64,000 nt of DNA from Acinetobacter phage ABPH49, in the sequence record MH533020.1; one strand, written 5' to 3'. How positions within the stretch are numbered: the first letter of the stretch is position 1; the number at the start of each line of letters is the position of its first letter. The notes below the pieces were generated by a model. The model was given only the letters and a program-made list of their open reading frames with translations, was not told the origin of the DNA and searched no databases. Shown here in pieces: positions 43,556 through 51,253 of the stretch. The translations under genes and the position numbers were made by a program.

Positions 43556-43868
43556 ACTGGAATCTCGGATCTTCATGATCCTTGCTGTTGCCGGAATGGC
43601 TGTGGCGGGAATGCTTTGGGCAGCTAAGGATGAACCGGAGAAGGTTTTTGAACCGCCGATCTTACCGGCTGAGATTTCAAGACTCTCTGAGATCTGTACC
43701 AAAAACGGCGCTTACTCAAGCTACCTGATTATCGAGAAGTCACAACCTCGAAAAGTCATGTGTAAGTTTGAGCGGCGCGTTAAATCGACCGACTCTTTGG
43801 GCGGTCAACACTGGAGTCGTGAGGTCTACACTTACGATGCTAAACAACTTGAGAAGGAGAAAGTATAA
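43539..43868 (+). CDS. N-terminally membrane-anchored protein (109 aa)
   Basis: GGAGG RBS 6 nt before the ATG at 43539; TM helix IFMILAVAGMAVAGMLWAA. Confidence 0.55.
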   Translation: MSQNTKLESRIFMILAVAGMAVAGMLWAAKDEPEKVFEPPILPAEISRLSEICTKNGAYSSYLIIEKSQPRKVMCKFERRVKSTDSLGGQHWSREVYTYDAKQLEKEKV

Positions 43869-44242
43869 TGCTGGAGATCACTGCACTCGTCGTGGTGTTC
43901 CTCGTAATCCTGTTCGCAGCGATTGCGGGTACACCGGCGGTTATCGCCAAGAAGCGTAAGCACCGCCAGTTCCCGGCCATTGTGGCTGTCTGCGTGGTGG
44001 CTTACATCTTCGTAATCTTCAACCTTCAGATCGCGGGCATCTTGTGGCTCGCCGCGCTGATTTGGTCACTGACAACACCGTCCACTGTGATTCAGGGTCC
44101 TAAGGGTGAGCAAGGCCCTCAGGGGTTCATGGGCCAGAAAGGTGATAAGGGTGACCCGGGAAAAGATGCAATCCCGATGTCAAAAGCCGGGAACCTGTAC
44201 ACCAGTCTTCACAACGGGGGCAATGTCAACGTCAATGGCTGA
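43868..44242 (+). CDS. Membrane protein with a collagen-like Gly-X-Y tract (124 aa)
   Basis: Two or three TM helices followed by GPKGEQGPQGFMGQKGDKGDPGKD (seven GXY triplets). AAGGAGAAAG RBS. Confidence 0.6.
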   Translation: MLEITALVVVFLVILFAAIAGTPAVIAKKRKHRQFPAIVAVCVVAYIFVIFNLQIAGILWLAALIWSLTTPSTVIQGPKGEQGPQGFMGQKGDKGDPGKDAIPMSKAGNLYTSLHNGGNVNVNG

Positions 44243-44318
44243 ATTAAAAGAGAAAGGGTCCGTACTGACGTATTACGAACGTGAAGGTTTTTCGAAGCAA
44301 CCGGAGGTAAAGAAATAA

Positions 44319-44498
44319 ATGAGAAAACTGCGTGATTTTAAGTGCCCACAAGGACACGAATTCGAAGCATTGGTTAACGATGACGTGCTGAGCATGTTGT
44401 GTCGTCAGTGTTCGGATCTGGCACACCGTCAGGTATCTGCACCGGCGGGATCTGGTAACGCAGCTCACGGTTTCATGGCTAAAGCGAGGGAGCGTTGA
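44319..44498 (+). CDS. Small zinc-ribbon protein (59 aa, MRKLRDFKCPQGHEF...CRQC)
   Basis: Not in the ORF track. GGAGG upstream; CPxG...CRQC Cys pairs. Confidence 0.45.
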   Translation: MRKLRDFKCPQGHEFEALVNDDVLSMLCRQCSDLAHRQVSAPAGSGNAAHGFMAKARER

Positions 44499-44712
44499 TG
44501 AATGAAGGGCTGAGAGATTTGTTCGAGGAAGCGGTCATGGAGAAAATCAATATCTCCAAAAAGACCCTCGTCGGGATGCGTACCAACTCGGGTACAGAAA
44601 CTCCACCATCTCGGGGATTGACTACAACCTGATGTGGGAGATGTGGCTGAGCGGCCACATGGCTGCTTGGCGAGAGGTTGATGCACTGGTAAAACGTGGG
44701 AAAGGACAATGA
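44498..44712 (+). CDS. Gene split by an apparent -1 frameshift at the CCAAAAAG run at about 44557-44563 (frame-A 44 aa + frame -1 continuation of about 50 aa)
   Basis: The start is coupled to the upstream stop (TGATG). The -1 frame stays open to a TGA that overlaps the next gene's ATG (ATGA). One extra A in the A5 run would give a single 71-aa ORF. Confidence 0.45.
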
Positions 44713-44978
44713 AGAACAGTAAGGTTGCATCATGCCTCCTGTTTGCTCTCTGGGTCCCCGTGGCGCTGTTAATTTGCCTTGCCCGTCTGGTTGTGTGGGT
44801 TTTGGCTAAAGCAGCCTACAGGCTCAACAGAGGAGCTTGGTGGGCGCATGGCAAAGTAGGTAAGCTCGGCAATTCTGTCGGAGAGTGGTTCTACGAATCG
44901 GCATGTTTCGAATGGCTGAGGATTAAGCACGCGGCCAGTCGGAAAAAGGCCCTTGATGAGTGGATGGCTAATGACTGA
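44709..44978 (+). CDS. Membrane protein (89 aa)
   Basis: Hydrophobic N-terminus; ATGA overlap. Confidence 0.55.
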   Translation: MKNSKVASCLLFALWVPVALLICLARLVVWVLAKAAYRLNRGAWWAHGKVGKLGNSVGEWFYESACFEWLRIKHAASRKKALDEWMAND

Positions 44979-45183
44979 ACTGACAAAAAAGCAGGCCTTT
45001 TGGCTGGAGGAGATGAGGGGAAGCTTCATGCAGACTGTCTCCATTTACCACCATAAGCCACGGCCACCGGCGGCACTCATGCGTAAGCTTGAGGCAGCAG
45101 GATACTGCGTTAACGTCATGGACACTTTCTGGAGGTTGACTCCAGAAGGTCTTGAGAAAATAAATCAGGTGTCGCCAAAATAA
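44956..45183 (+). CDS. Hypothetical protein (75 aa)
   Basis: ORF; the start is ambiguous between 44956 and 44971. Confidence 0.5.
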   Translation: MSGWLMTELTKKQAFWLEEMRGSFMQTVSIYHHKPRPPAALMRKLEAAGYCVNVMDTFWRLTPEGLEKINQVSPK

Positions 45184-45186
45184 GTG

Positions 45187-45220
45187 TTGACAGCACCGGC
45201 CAGTCTGGTAAGATGGCCGG
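45187..45220 (+). promoter_or_regulatory. Promoter-hairpin module TTGACA-N16-TAAGAT overlapping hairpin CCGGCCA...TGGCCGG
   Basis: Seen directly. Confidence 0.4.
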
Positions 45221-45248
45221 ACTTTCAACGAAACAGGAGGATATTATA

Positions 45249-45614
45249 ATGGCTAAGTCAGATTTCATCGAAGGCATGATGTTGGATTGCGGTTTTGACT
45301 GCGTTTCTGCGGAAAAGCATATCTCGGTTAGCGAAGAGTACAAGTACGTCATGGTGAATCTCGAGTTCATCGACTCTTCGAAACGGGCATTCAAGGTCAG
45401 CTCTTCGTATGTCGTTAACCGTGGTGGCAAGATCTCCATGCAGGAGTCAGCCAAGGTTGCCGCACAATACCTCAACGACGGCAAGGTGATCAACCGTGAG
45501 CGGATCGTGGCGTACAACGAAGCAGAGTTCACTGAAGAGCTGCTCAATGCAATCAACGACATCAACGAGCTGTTCGAGCAGGCAGACGTTGAAGGGAAAA
45601 AGGTGTACATGTGA
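45249..45614 (+). CDS. Hypothetical protein (121 aa)
   Basis: AGGAGG RBS 8 nt before the ATG at 45249. Confidence 0.6.
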   Translation: MAKSDFIEGMMLDCGFDCVSAEKHISVSEEYKYVMVNLEFIDSSKRAFKVSSSYVVNRGGKISMQESAKVAAQYLNDGKVINRERIVAYNEAEFTEELLNAINDINELFEQADVEGKKVYM

Positions 45615-46095
45615 AGCAGTACGACATCAAGGGTTGGATAAAAAACGCCGGGGGCCTAAGAATCCCTCACGGATTCATCAAGGGTGAGTTGGTTGATGTA
45701 ATTCACCGAGATGGTGAGGTGTTTTATAGTCTACCGGTCGGAAATAGCTCTGCTACAGACTTCAAACATTGGTCGCGACATAGCGGTGCAGATGTTATTT
45801 ATTTCAGGAAGTCATGTGGAGAGTCAGCAGGAAAAGAGAAAGTCTTTTTCGGGAAGCCGTTGCTGGAAGCATCGAAGGAGTTATCGCAGAGGGTATTGAA
45901 CCGGCGGATAAGGAGAGTAAAGAGGTGGATCACACAGAACTGCATGTGGATAGTCGTACATTCCACGGCCTTATTGAGGCTATCTCTCGAGATAAACCAA
46001 ACACGTGGTCGTTCAATGCGGGCGGAAAATCACGCCCATATCGGACACTGACCATCGGGAACACCATCTTCATCGAATTAACGGAGGAAAAATAA
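45611..46095 (+). CDS. Gene split by an apparent -1 frameshift at the CTTTTTC run at about 45844-45850 (track ORFs 45611-46051 and 45814-46095)
   Basis: The upstream frame reads protein-like up to ...KEKVFF, then the -1 frame reads protein-like (...REAVAGSIEGVIAEGIEPADKE...) to a TAA overlapping the next ATG. One extra T merges them into about 161 aa. GTG start with GTGA overlap. Confidence 0.45.
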
Positions 46096-46304
46096 TGGCT
46101 AAGAAGACTTACTCAGTGACCGGTAAAGCAGCAGGCGGTGGTTGTCTGGCACTGACCCTGTTCATGATCACCATGTTCGCGGCGTGGGTTACCCACATCG
46201 TAACCTGCTTCAAGACCGATGCGTGGGGCTTCCTGATCGCCGGTGCCATTGCTGCACCAATTGGTGTGATTCACGGTATTGGCATTTGGTTCGGCGTGTG
46301 GTAA
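46095..46304 (+). CDS. Small membrane protein (69 aa, 2 TM)
   Basis: GGAGG RBS; TAATG overlap. Confidence 0.55.
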   Translation: MAKKTYSVTGKAAGGGCLALTLFMITMFAAWVTHIVTCFKTDAWGFLIAGAIAAPIGVIHGIGIWFGVW

Positions 46305-46349
46305 AATACCCATCCGGTCAATAAGGGCCGGATAACAAAGGAGAAAGAC

Positions 46350-46571
46350 ATGGTGCAGTTGTACGTGGCAGTGGACACCCTGAAAGAACCACCTGAGGTG
46401 ATGACCCCGCCAATGACGCTGATCGAAACGGAAGTCGCAATCCAGAAGATGATCGCGGACCCTATGAACGGGATCACGATCTTCCCTGACGATGAAGGCG
46501 TGTACCACGGGGATTACATGGGGAACACGGTGGCGCTGAAGCCTGTCCCTTATGAACCCGAAGAGCAGTAA
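46350..46571 (+). CDS. Hypothetical acidic protein (73 aa)
   Basis: AAGGAGAAAG RBS. Confidence 0.55.
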   Translation: MVQLYVAVDTLKEPPEVMTPPMTLIETEVAIQKMIADPMNGITIFPDDEGVYHGDYMGNTVALKPVPYEPEEQ

Positions 46572-46577
46572 GTAATT

Positions 46578-46605
46578 CCGGGTGGCTTAGGCCACCCATT
46601 CAATG
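46578..46605 (+). terminator. Hairpin GGGTGGC-TTAG-GCCACCC with a weak U tract
   Basis: Seen directly. Confidence 0.4.
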
Positions 46606-46626
46606 AAGTAACGAAGGAGATAGTGA

Positions 46627-47868
46627 ATGTCAGTAATTACAATGGTAACCGACCCCGCAACCGACAAACAGATCCCTAAAGCAAAAGGCATCATCAAGCG
46701 TATCAACATCAAACAGATCAACGCGGATGGTTCCCCACGCATCACCAACATCAACAAAGGTCCTAACGCCGGTAAGACCATCAAGGCTACCCACCGTTAT
46801 TCGATCCTGTTGGAAGTTGGCGAAGACGCGGTCTGGCTCTCGTTCGGCGAAGGTGAGGTTAAAAACCCGAAATACGCTGACCAGTTCCAAATCAAAGTCG
46901 GCGACCAGTACAAAAACCTTCTGGCGGGCATGGAAATATCGGTGTACCCGGTTCAAGAGAACAAGTGGATGAAGGACGGCGTTGAGCAGACTTCATGGCA
47001 GGCGAAGAAGAAGAACATCAATCTTCTGGATGAGTCCGGTGCTCAGCAACCGACTCAGCAACAGTCCTCCGGTGGCGCAGCTATCCCAGCTGGCGGAACC
47101 AAGATCTTCGGCGAAGTTATCTCGATCGATAACGGCGTTGCTCAGGTCAAGACCGAGAACGGTCTGGTTGGTCCGGTAGTTCTGGGCAGCAATACCGTAA
47201 CCGTTGGTGGCCGTCTGGCAGCGATCGTTGATGCAAGTGGTAACATCCTGTCCGGCTTCAAGGCTTATGGCCCAGCTGGTCAAGGTGGTGGCGCATCGGG
47301 TGGTAAGTCTGCGGGTTCCTTCAAGAAGGATAACTCAGGCGTTGAAACCGGCCATGCGATCAATGGCGCTCTGAACCTGAAGCGTAATGGTCACAAGCTT
47401 GAAGTTCTGGATCTGGCGAAGATCGTTCATGATACCACTGTTGCACTGAAGGCATCTGAACGTGCACGTGACGAGAACAAGGGTGTGTCTGATTACGATA
47501 TCGGCGCAGCTGTTGGTCACGCGGTGTTGAACGCAACCCGCGACGTGAAGCCACAAGATGGTCTGGCTGAAGCTCTGACTACCTACGCACAGGGTCTGTT
47601 GTCTCGAGTAGTACCAGAGATCACAGCCTACGTGAAGGCTGGTGGTGCAGAAGGTATCAAAGCTGCCGAAGCAGAAGCCGCAGCTAAGGCTAAAGCAGAG
47701 CAGGAGGCCGCAGCAGCTGCCGCTCAGCAAGCTTCACAGCCGGTGCAGCAACCTGTTCAGCAGCAACAGTCGATCGATATGTCACCACCACCAATGGATT
47801 TCGACGATGACATTCCGTTTGCTCCGATCGGGTTGCAGTATGCACGACATGCAATCCACGCCATCTAA
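46627..47868 (+). CDS. SSB-like protein: N-terminal OB-fold-like domain, Gly/Gln-rich linkers, Ala/Gln-rich tail carrying an internal E. coli-type SSB-Ct motif ...PPPMDFDDDIPF followed by 15 extra residues
   Basis: MDFDDDIPF is identical to the last nine residues of E. coli SSB. G/Q-rich low-complexity linkers are typical of SSBs. AAGGAGA RBS. Confidence 0.7.
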   Translation: MSVITMVTDPATDKQIPKAKGIIKRINIKQINADGSPRITNINKGPNAGKTIKATHRYSILLEVGEDAVWLSFGEGEVKNPKYADQFQIKVGDQYKNLLAGMEISVYPVQENKWMKDGVEQTSWQAKKKNINLLDESGAQQPTQQQSSGGAAIPAGGTKIFGEVISIDNGVAQVKTENGLVGPVVLGSNTVTVGGRLAAIVDASGNILSGFKAYGPAGQGGGASGGKSAGSFKKDNSGVETGHAINGALNLKRNGHKLEVLDLAKIVHDTTVALKASERARDENKGVSDYDIGAAVGHAVLNATRDVKPQDGLAEALTTYAQGLLSRVVPEITAYVKAGGAEGIKAAEAEAAAKAKAEQEAAAAAAQQASQPVQQPVQQQQSIDMSPPPMDFDDDIPFAPIGLQYARHAIHAI

Positions 47869-48283
47869 GGTGTGTTTCAAGTGTGGGGTGTTAAAGCCCC
47901 TCACTGATTTCTACAAACACCCTAAAATGTCCGACGGAAGAGTCAATAAGTGTAAGTGCTGCAACAAAAAGGATGTTTCTGATAACCGAAGTGATAAGCT
48001 TGAAAAGTATAGGGCTTATGACCGAGATCGTGGGAACAGACAAAGTGATACCTACATCGGGAAGTACAGGAAAGAGTTCCCCAAGAAATACAAGGCACAC
48101 AATGCGGTTAACAATGCGTTACGTGATGGCAGAATAACCAAAGGCCCGTGTGAAATATGCGGCGCTGAGAAGTCGGTAGGTCACCATGACGATTACGACA
48201 AACCGTTGGAGGTAAGGTGGTTGTGTCAAGGTCATCACAAACAGTGGCACGCAGAACATGGCGAAGCACTTAACGCCAGATAA
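47840..48283 (+). CDS. HNH homing endonuclease (paralog of the 25798-26277 gene), overlapping the SSB-like gene 3' end
   Basis: CFKCGVLKPLTDFY...CKCC zinc ribbon. EICGAEKSVGHHDDYDKPLEVRWLCQGHHKQWHAEH HNH motif. The 5' end is about 75% nucleotide-identical to the first HNH gene. Start codon uncertain. Confidence 0.7.
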   Translation: MHDMQSTPSKVCFKCGVLKPLTDFYKHPKMSDGRVNKCKCCNKKDVSDNRSDKLEKYRAYDRDRGNRQSDTYIGKYRKEFPKKYKAHNAVNNALRDGRITKGPCEICGAEKSVGHHDDYDKPLEVRWLCQGHHKQWHAEHGEALNAR

Positions 48284-48318
48284 TAAAAAAGGGAGCCGGA
48301 TGGCTCCCTTTTCTTTTA
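48284..48318. terminator. Bidirectional intrinsic terminator at the convergent junction (AAGGGAGCC-GGAT-GGCTCCCTT flanked by A6 and T-rich tracts)
   Basis: Perfect 9-bp stem with A-rich 5' and T-rich 3' flanks, so it works as a terminator on both strands. Lies between the HNH stop at 48283 and the tail-fiber stop at 48316. Confidence 0.75.
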
Positions 48319-50169
48319 CTTAGGTGTTGCTGGTGTTGCTGGTGCGTCTTTGAAGAGGCGAGTAACCCGAATCTGGAAGGATCCGGTGTTCTTGATGGCC
48401 TCGTTCACGTTGCTGTTTCCACCACCAACCAGTTCAGGTTTGTGAGCTGCACCGCCCTCCGCGACCTGAATGACAATCCAGTCACCTTGATCGGAACCAG
48501 AAGCAATCTTCTGACGCATCCCACGGACACCGAACATTTCCATCTTGCTCCCGTCTTTATCATCAGGTGCATAACCCCAACCAGACTCGTAAGAGTCAGT
48601 GGAGCTACCCAGTGGGTTGATGAAGACCTTCACGTCAATCGCGTATCCCGGGAACGGGTTCTGATACAACTTCCTGACTCCTGCATCCAACCCTACAGTT
48701 ACAGACAGATACTTACCAACCCCATCAGATCCTCCGGCCAATGCCGCCAGATCGATTGTTGCCTCTGTGGTCGGGGTGTCATTGTAGATCACCTTCCCGT
48801 CGTTGACCTTCAACTTCCCGGTAGTCGTTTGACCAACAACAGTTGCGTTTGTTCCGACGTTGACATATTCTGTGGCGGAAACAGACTTAGGACGAATGTC
48901 TTTATCATTGACATCTGCGGAGATACCTGTTGTGGTCCCAGTGACCTTCAGGTTTTGAACAGTCAAGGTGCCGCTGAATTGGCTGTCATTGGAGGCTACA
49001 ACCGACCTTGGCTTGATGTCCTTCCCGTCCACGTTGGCCGCTGGGAATGTGATTCCCTCAACTGTCCCGGTGAACTTGACGTTCCCGATCGTAGAGGTAC
49101 CAGTCACAGTCATTGTGTCGGTAACAGTCAGCTTTTTGGTAGCGATCTGATCAGTATCAACAGACGTCGGCTTCACGTCTTTACCATCGATGGATGCAGA
49201 AATACCCGAGGCAGTACCTGTCACCTGAATGTCCTTGAACACCGCCCGGCCATCGACTACCAGCTGTGGATCACTTGGTGGACGAGCGCCGTTACCAGTG
49301 ATGTGAACATAGTCCATATCCGCGTTCCCGTGGACCGTCAGGGCGTCTTTATCTGCAACCGGTGAAACTGCATTGCCTACAACTGCCGTGGCCGTGGTGG
49401 TGGCATCGGCTTTGATTCCTGACGTCTCGATGGTATGTGGACGAATGACTGTTCTCAGCTTGTCAGCGTATGCTGGGTCGAGGTAATCAAAATCTACCTT
49501 CCCGTCATCACCCATGATGTGCAGGGTGTTAAGCAACATACGGACAGTTGTTGCATCGATAGGGCCTCTGACGAACTTGGCATCTTCCGTAACCTCGAGG
49601 GTTCTGGTTGTTGTCTTGTTCCTAACAGTCAGGTTGTTGAATGTCCCAACGTTCTGATTCGGGTCACCCATTGCGGCTGTGATCGCCGCAACAACGAATG
49701 CCGTTGTAGCCAACGATGTGCTGTCGTCACCCTCCGCCGGTGTAGGGCCGCGCGGGTTTCCTTTGAACAGCGGGCTGATCAGAGGGGCATAAATGTCCGC
49801 GATGGAGGCCGTGTCAATAATCAGTCTCCAGTTCGGGTCATCATGCGGCTTCTCTTTCATCATTACCGGGGATACGGTAGTGGCACCCGGGGCGTACCAC
49901 CAAGAAGCACCCATGTTTGGCTCTGAGAAGGTGTACAACTGGTTGAAGACAGTGGTTGTCCTTCCCGGTGTCCATGCGAAAGGTGGCGTCTTGAAGTACA
50001 GGTTGTCCATCATCGCTTTGCGGATGGAAGGGATCACGCTCCCATCTTCAACTGTTACACCTTGGGTAGCCAGTCCGTTAACGATCCCGTGGACCCTTTC
50101 ACAATCGAGGATCAGTTGGTCTACCGCTGCGTAGAATTCAGGGTTGACGTTGACTCTTGGATCTGCCAC
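48316..50169 (-). CDS. Tail fiber / receptor-binding protein (617 aa; GTG start)
   Basis: Large Thr/Gly/Val-rich beta-repeat protein (repeated ...VTGT...KDI(K/R)P... units). GGAGGAG RBS; last gene of the leftward structural block. Confidence 0.7.
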   Translation of the reverse strand: MADPRVNVNPEFYAAVDQLILDCERVHGIVNGLATQGVTVEDGSVIPSIRKAMMDNLYFKTPPFAWTPGRTTTVFNQLYTFSEPNMGASWWYAPGATTVSPVMMKEKPHDDPNWRLIIDTASIADIYAPLISPLFKGNPRGPTPAEGDDSTSLATTAFVVAAITAAMGDPNQNVGTFNNLTVRNKTTTRTLEVTEDAKFVRGPIDATTVRMLLNTLHIMGDDGKVDFDYLDPAYADKLRTVIRPHTIETSGIKADATTTATAVVGNAVSPVADKDALTVHGNADMDYVHITGNGARPPSDPQLVVDGRAVFKDIQVTGTASGISASIDGKDVKPTSVDTDQIATKKLTVTDTMTVTGTSTIGNVKFTGTVEGITFPAANVDGKDIKPRSVVASNDSQFSGTLTVQNLKVTGTTTGISADVNDKDIRPKSVSATEYVNVGTNATVVGQTTTGKLKVNDGKVIYNDTPTTEATIDLAALAGGSDGVGKYLSVTVGLDAGVRKLYQNPFPGYAIDVKVFINPLGSSTDSYESGWGYAPDDKDGSKMEMFGVRGMRQKIASGSDQGDWIVIQVAEGGAAHKPELVGGGNSNVNEAIKNTGSFQIRVTRLFKDAPATPATPK

Positions 50170-50184
50170 AATAATCTCCTCCGA

Positions 50185-50439
50185 TTAATCTTGTGCCTTT
50201 GTTTTGTCTTCCGTTGGAGCGATACCCCAGCGAAGGGAAATCAGCTTACTCAGCAATTGAGGCGCTGCCACAGCGGATGCATACACCCACATGTACCACT
50301 CGGGAAGGGATTCTTTGAACCCATAATGAAGGAAGATGATTGTCATCGACAACATGCCGACGTTCGACCAAAACTTCGTATGGGATGCTTTGTCTGGTTG
50401 GACCGAAGATCTGACGAGGTCCTTCAAGAATTTTAGCAT
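50185..50439 (-). CDS. Small membrane protein (84 aa, 2 TM); possible holin or lysis-associated protein
   Basis: Hydrophobic helices; GAGAGGG RBS. Confidence 0.45.
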   Translation of the reverse strand: MLKFLKDLVRSSVQPDKASHTKFWSNVGMLSMTIIFLHYGFKESLPEWYMWVYASAVAAPQLLSKLISLRWGIAPTEDKTKAQD

Positions 50440-50467
50440 AAACCCTCTCGTTTATCAACTTGGTGGA

Positions 50468-50932
50468 TTAGGAGAGTATGTGTGCCGCAATGACGAAGAA
50501 CAGAATGGAACTTGTACGGATCCACTCGCTCACCGTGTTGTCCTTTAAGGCACTACAGAAGATGAACGCTTCGATAAAGTACATGTGTCCGCTATGAACT
50601 GCGAAATTGAATACATACTCTGGGAACAACATTGGGTATTGGATTGCAAACACTTGGACAAGCATCATTGGCACGGCCAGCCCAGCCATGAGCTTTTGCC
50701 TAAGCCCCGACAGAACACAACCCACACCAAACAGAAGTGCTGAATCCAATGCCCAACAGATCGTCATGTAGAGATTGAAGTCAAAGAGATAATTGTGCGT
50801 CAGGAAGTACCAGTACACAAGGTTTTCAGAAACGAGATAGGCGAGACATAGTCCCGCCATCACTCGAATATTCTTGTTCACGCCGAAGAGTAGTACGATA
50901 AAGCAGAGGCCGTAAACAATTGAAACTATCAA
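50468..50932 (-). CDS. Polytopic membrane protein (154 aa, about 4-5 TM; TTG start with TTGA overlap)
   Basis: ORF with several hydrophobic helices; the start is uncertain. Confidence 0.45.
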   Translation of the reverse strand: MIVSIVYGLCFIVLLFGVNKNIRVMAGLCLAYLVSENLVYWYFLTHNYLFDFNLYMTICWALDSALLFGVGCVLSGLRQKLMAGLAVPMMLVQVFAIQYPMLFPEYVFNFAVHSGHMYFIEAFIFCSALKDNTVSEWIRTSSILFFVIAAHILS

Positions 50933-51243
50933 CGTCTTTGGTTCTCCATCATGATATTGATCAGTCGCTGCATGTCGGAGCGGAGGGCGCTGATTTCAGA
51001 GCGACTCTCACTTCTCATCTCGGTCAGTGACTCCTGAAGGTGTTTCATCTTACGATCAAAGATCTCATCAAGGCTGTCTTTGGTAACCATGTCAGATTTG
51101 ATACGGATGATTTCCTTTTCGAGGTTGTCCTGCCGCTCTTGCATCTTTTTGTAGTCTGAGTAGGTGATCTTGAGAACACCAAGCAGAACGAACGTAGCGA
51201 AGCCCCAGAGAGCTTTTACGATGGCAATCAAGTCAACAGCCAT
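50929..51243 (-). CDS. N-terminal TM + C-terminal coiled-coil protein (104 aa; i-spanin- or holin-like topology)
   Basis: MAVDLIAIVKALWGFATFVLLGVL TM helix followed by heptad-rich EKEIIRIKSDM...LQESLTEMRSES. GGGGA RBS. Confidence 0.5.
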   Translation of the reverse strand: MAVDLIAIVKALWGFATFVLLGVLKITYSDYKKMQERQDNLEKEIIRIKSDMVTKDSLDEIFDRKMKHLQESLTEMRSESRSEISALRSDMQRLINIMMENQRR

Positions 51244-51253
51244 TTATGTCCCC

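Noticed and set aside
44236-44318. 27-aa ORF MAELKEKGSVLTYYEREGFSKQPEVKK overlapping the end of the 43868-44242 gene.
   Set aside because: Too short, with no RBS. It is probably just the 5' UTR of the zinc-ribbon gene.
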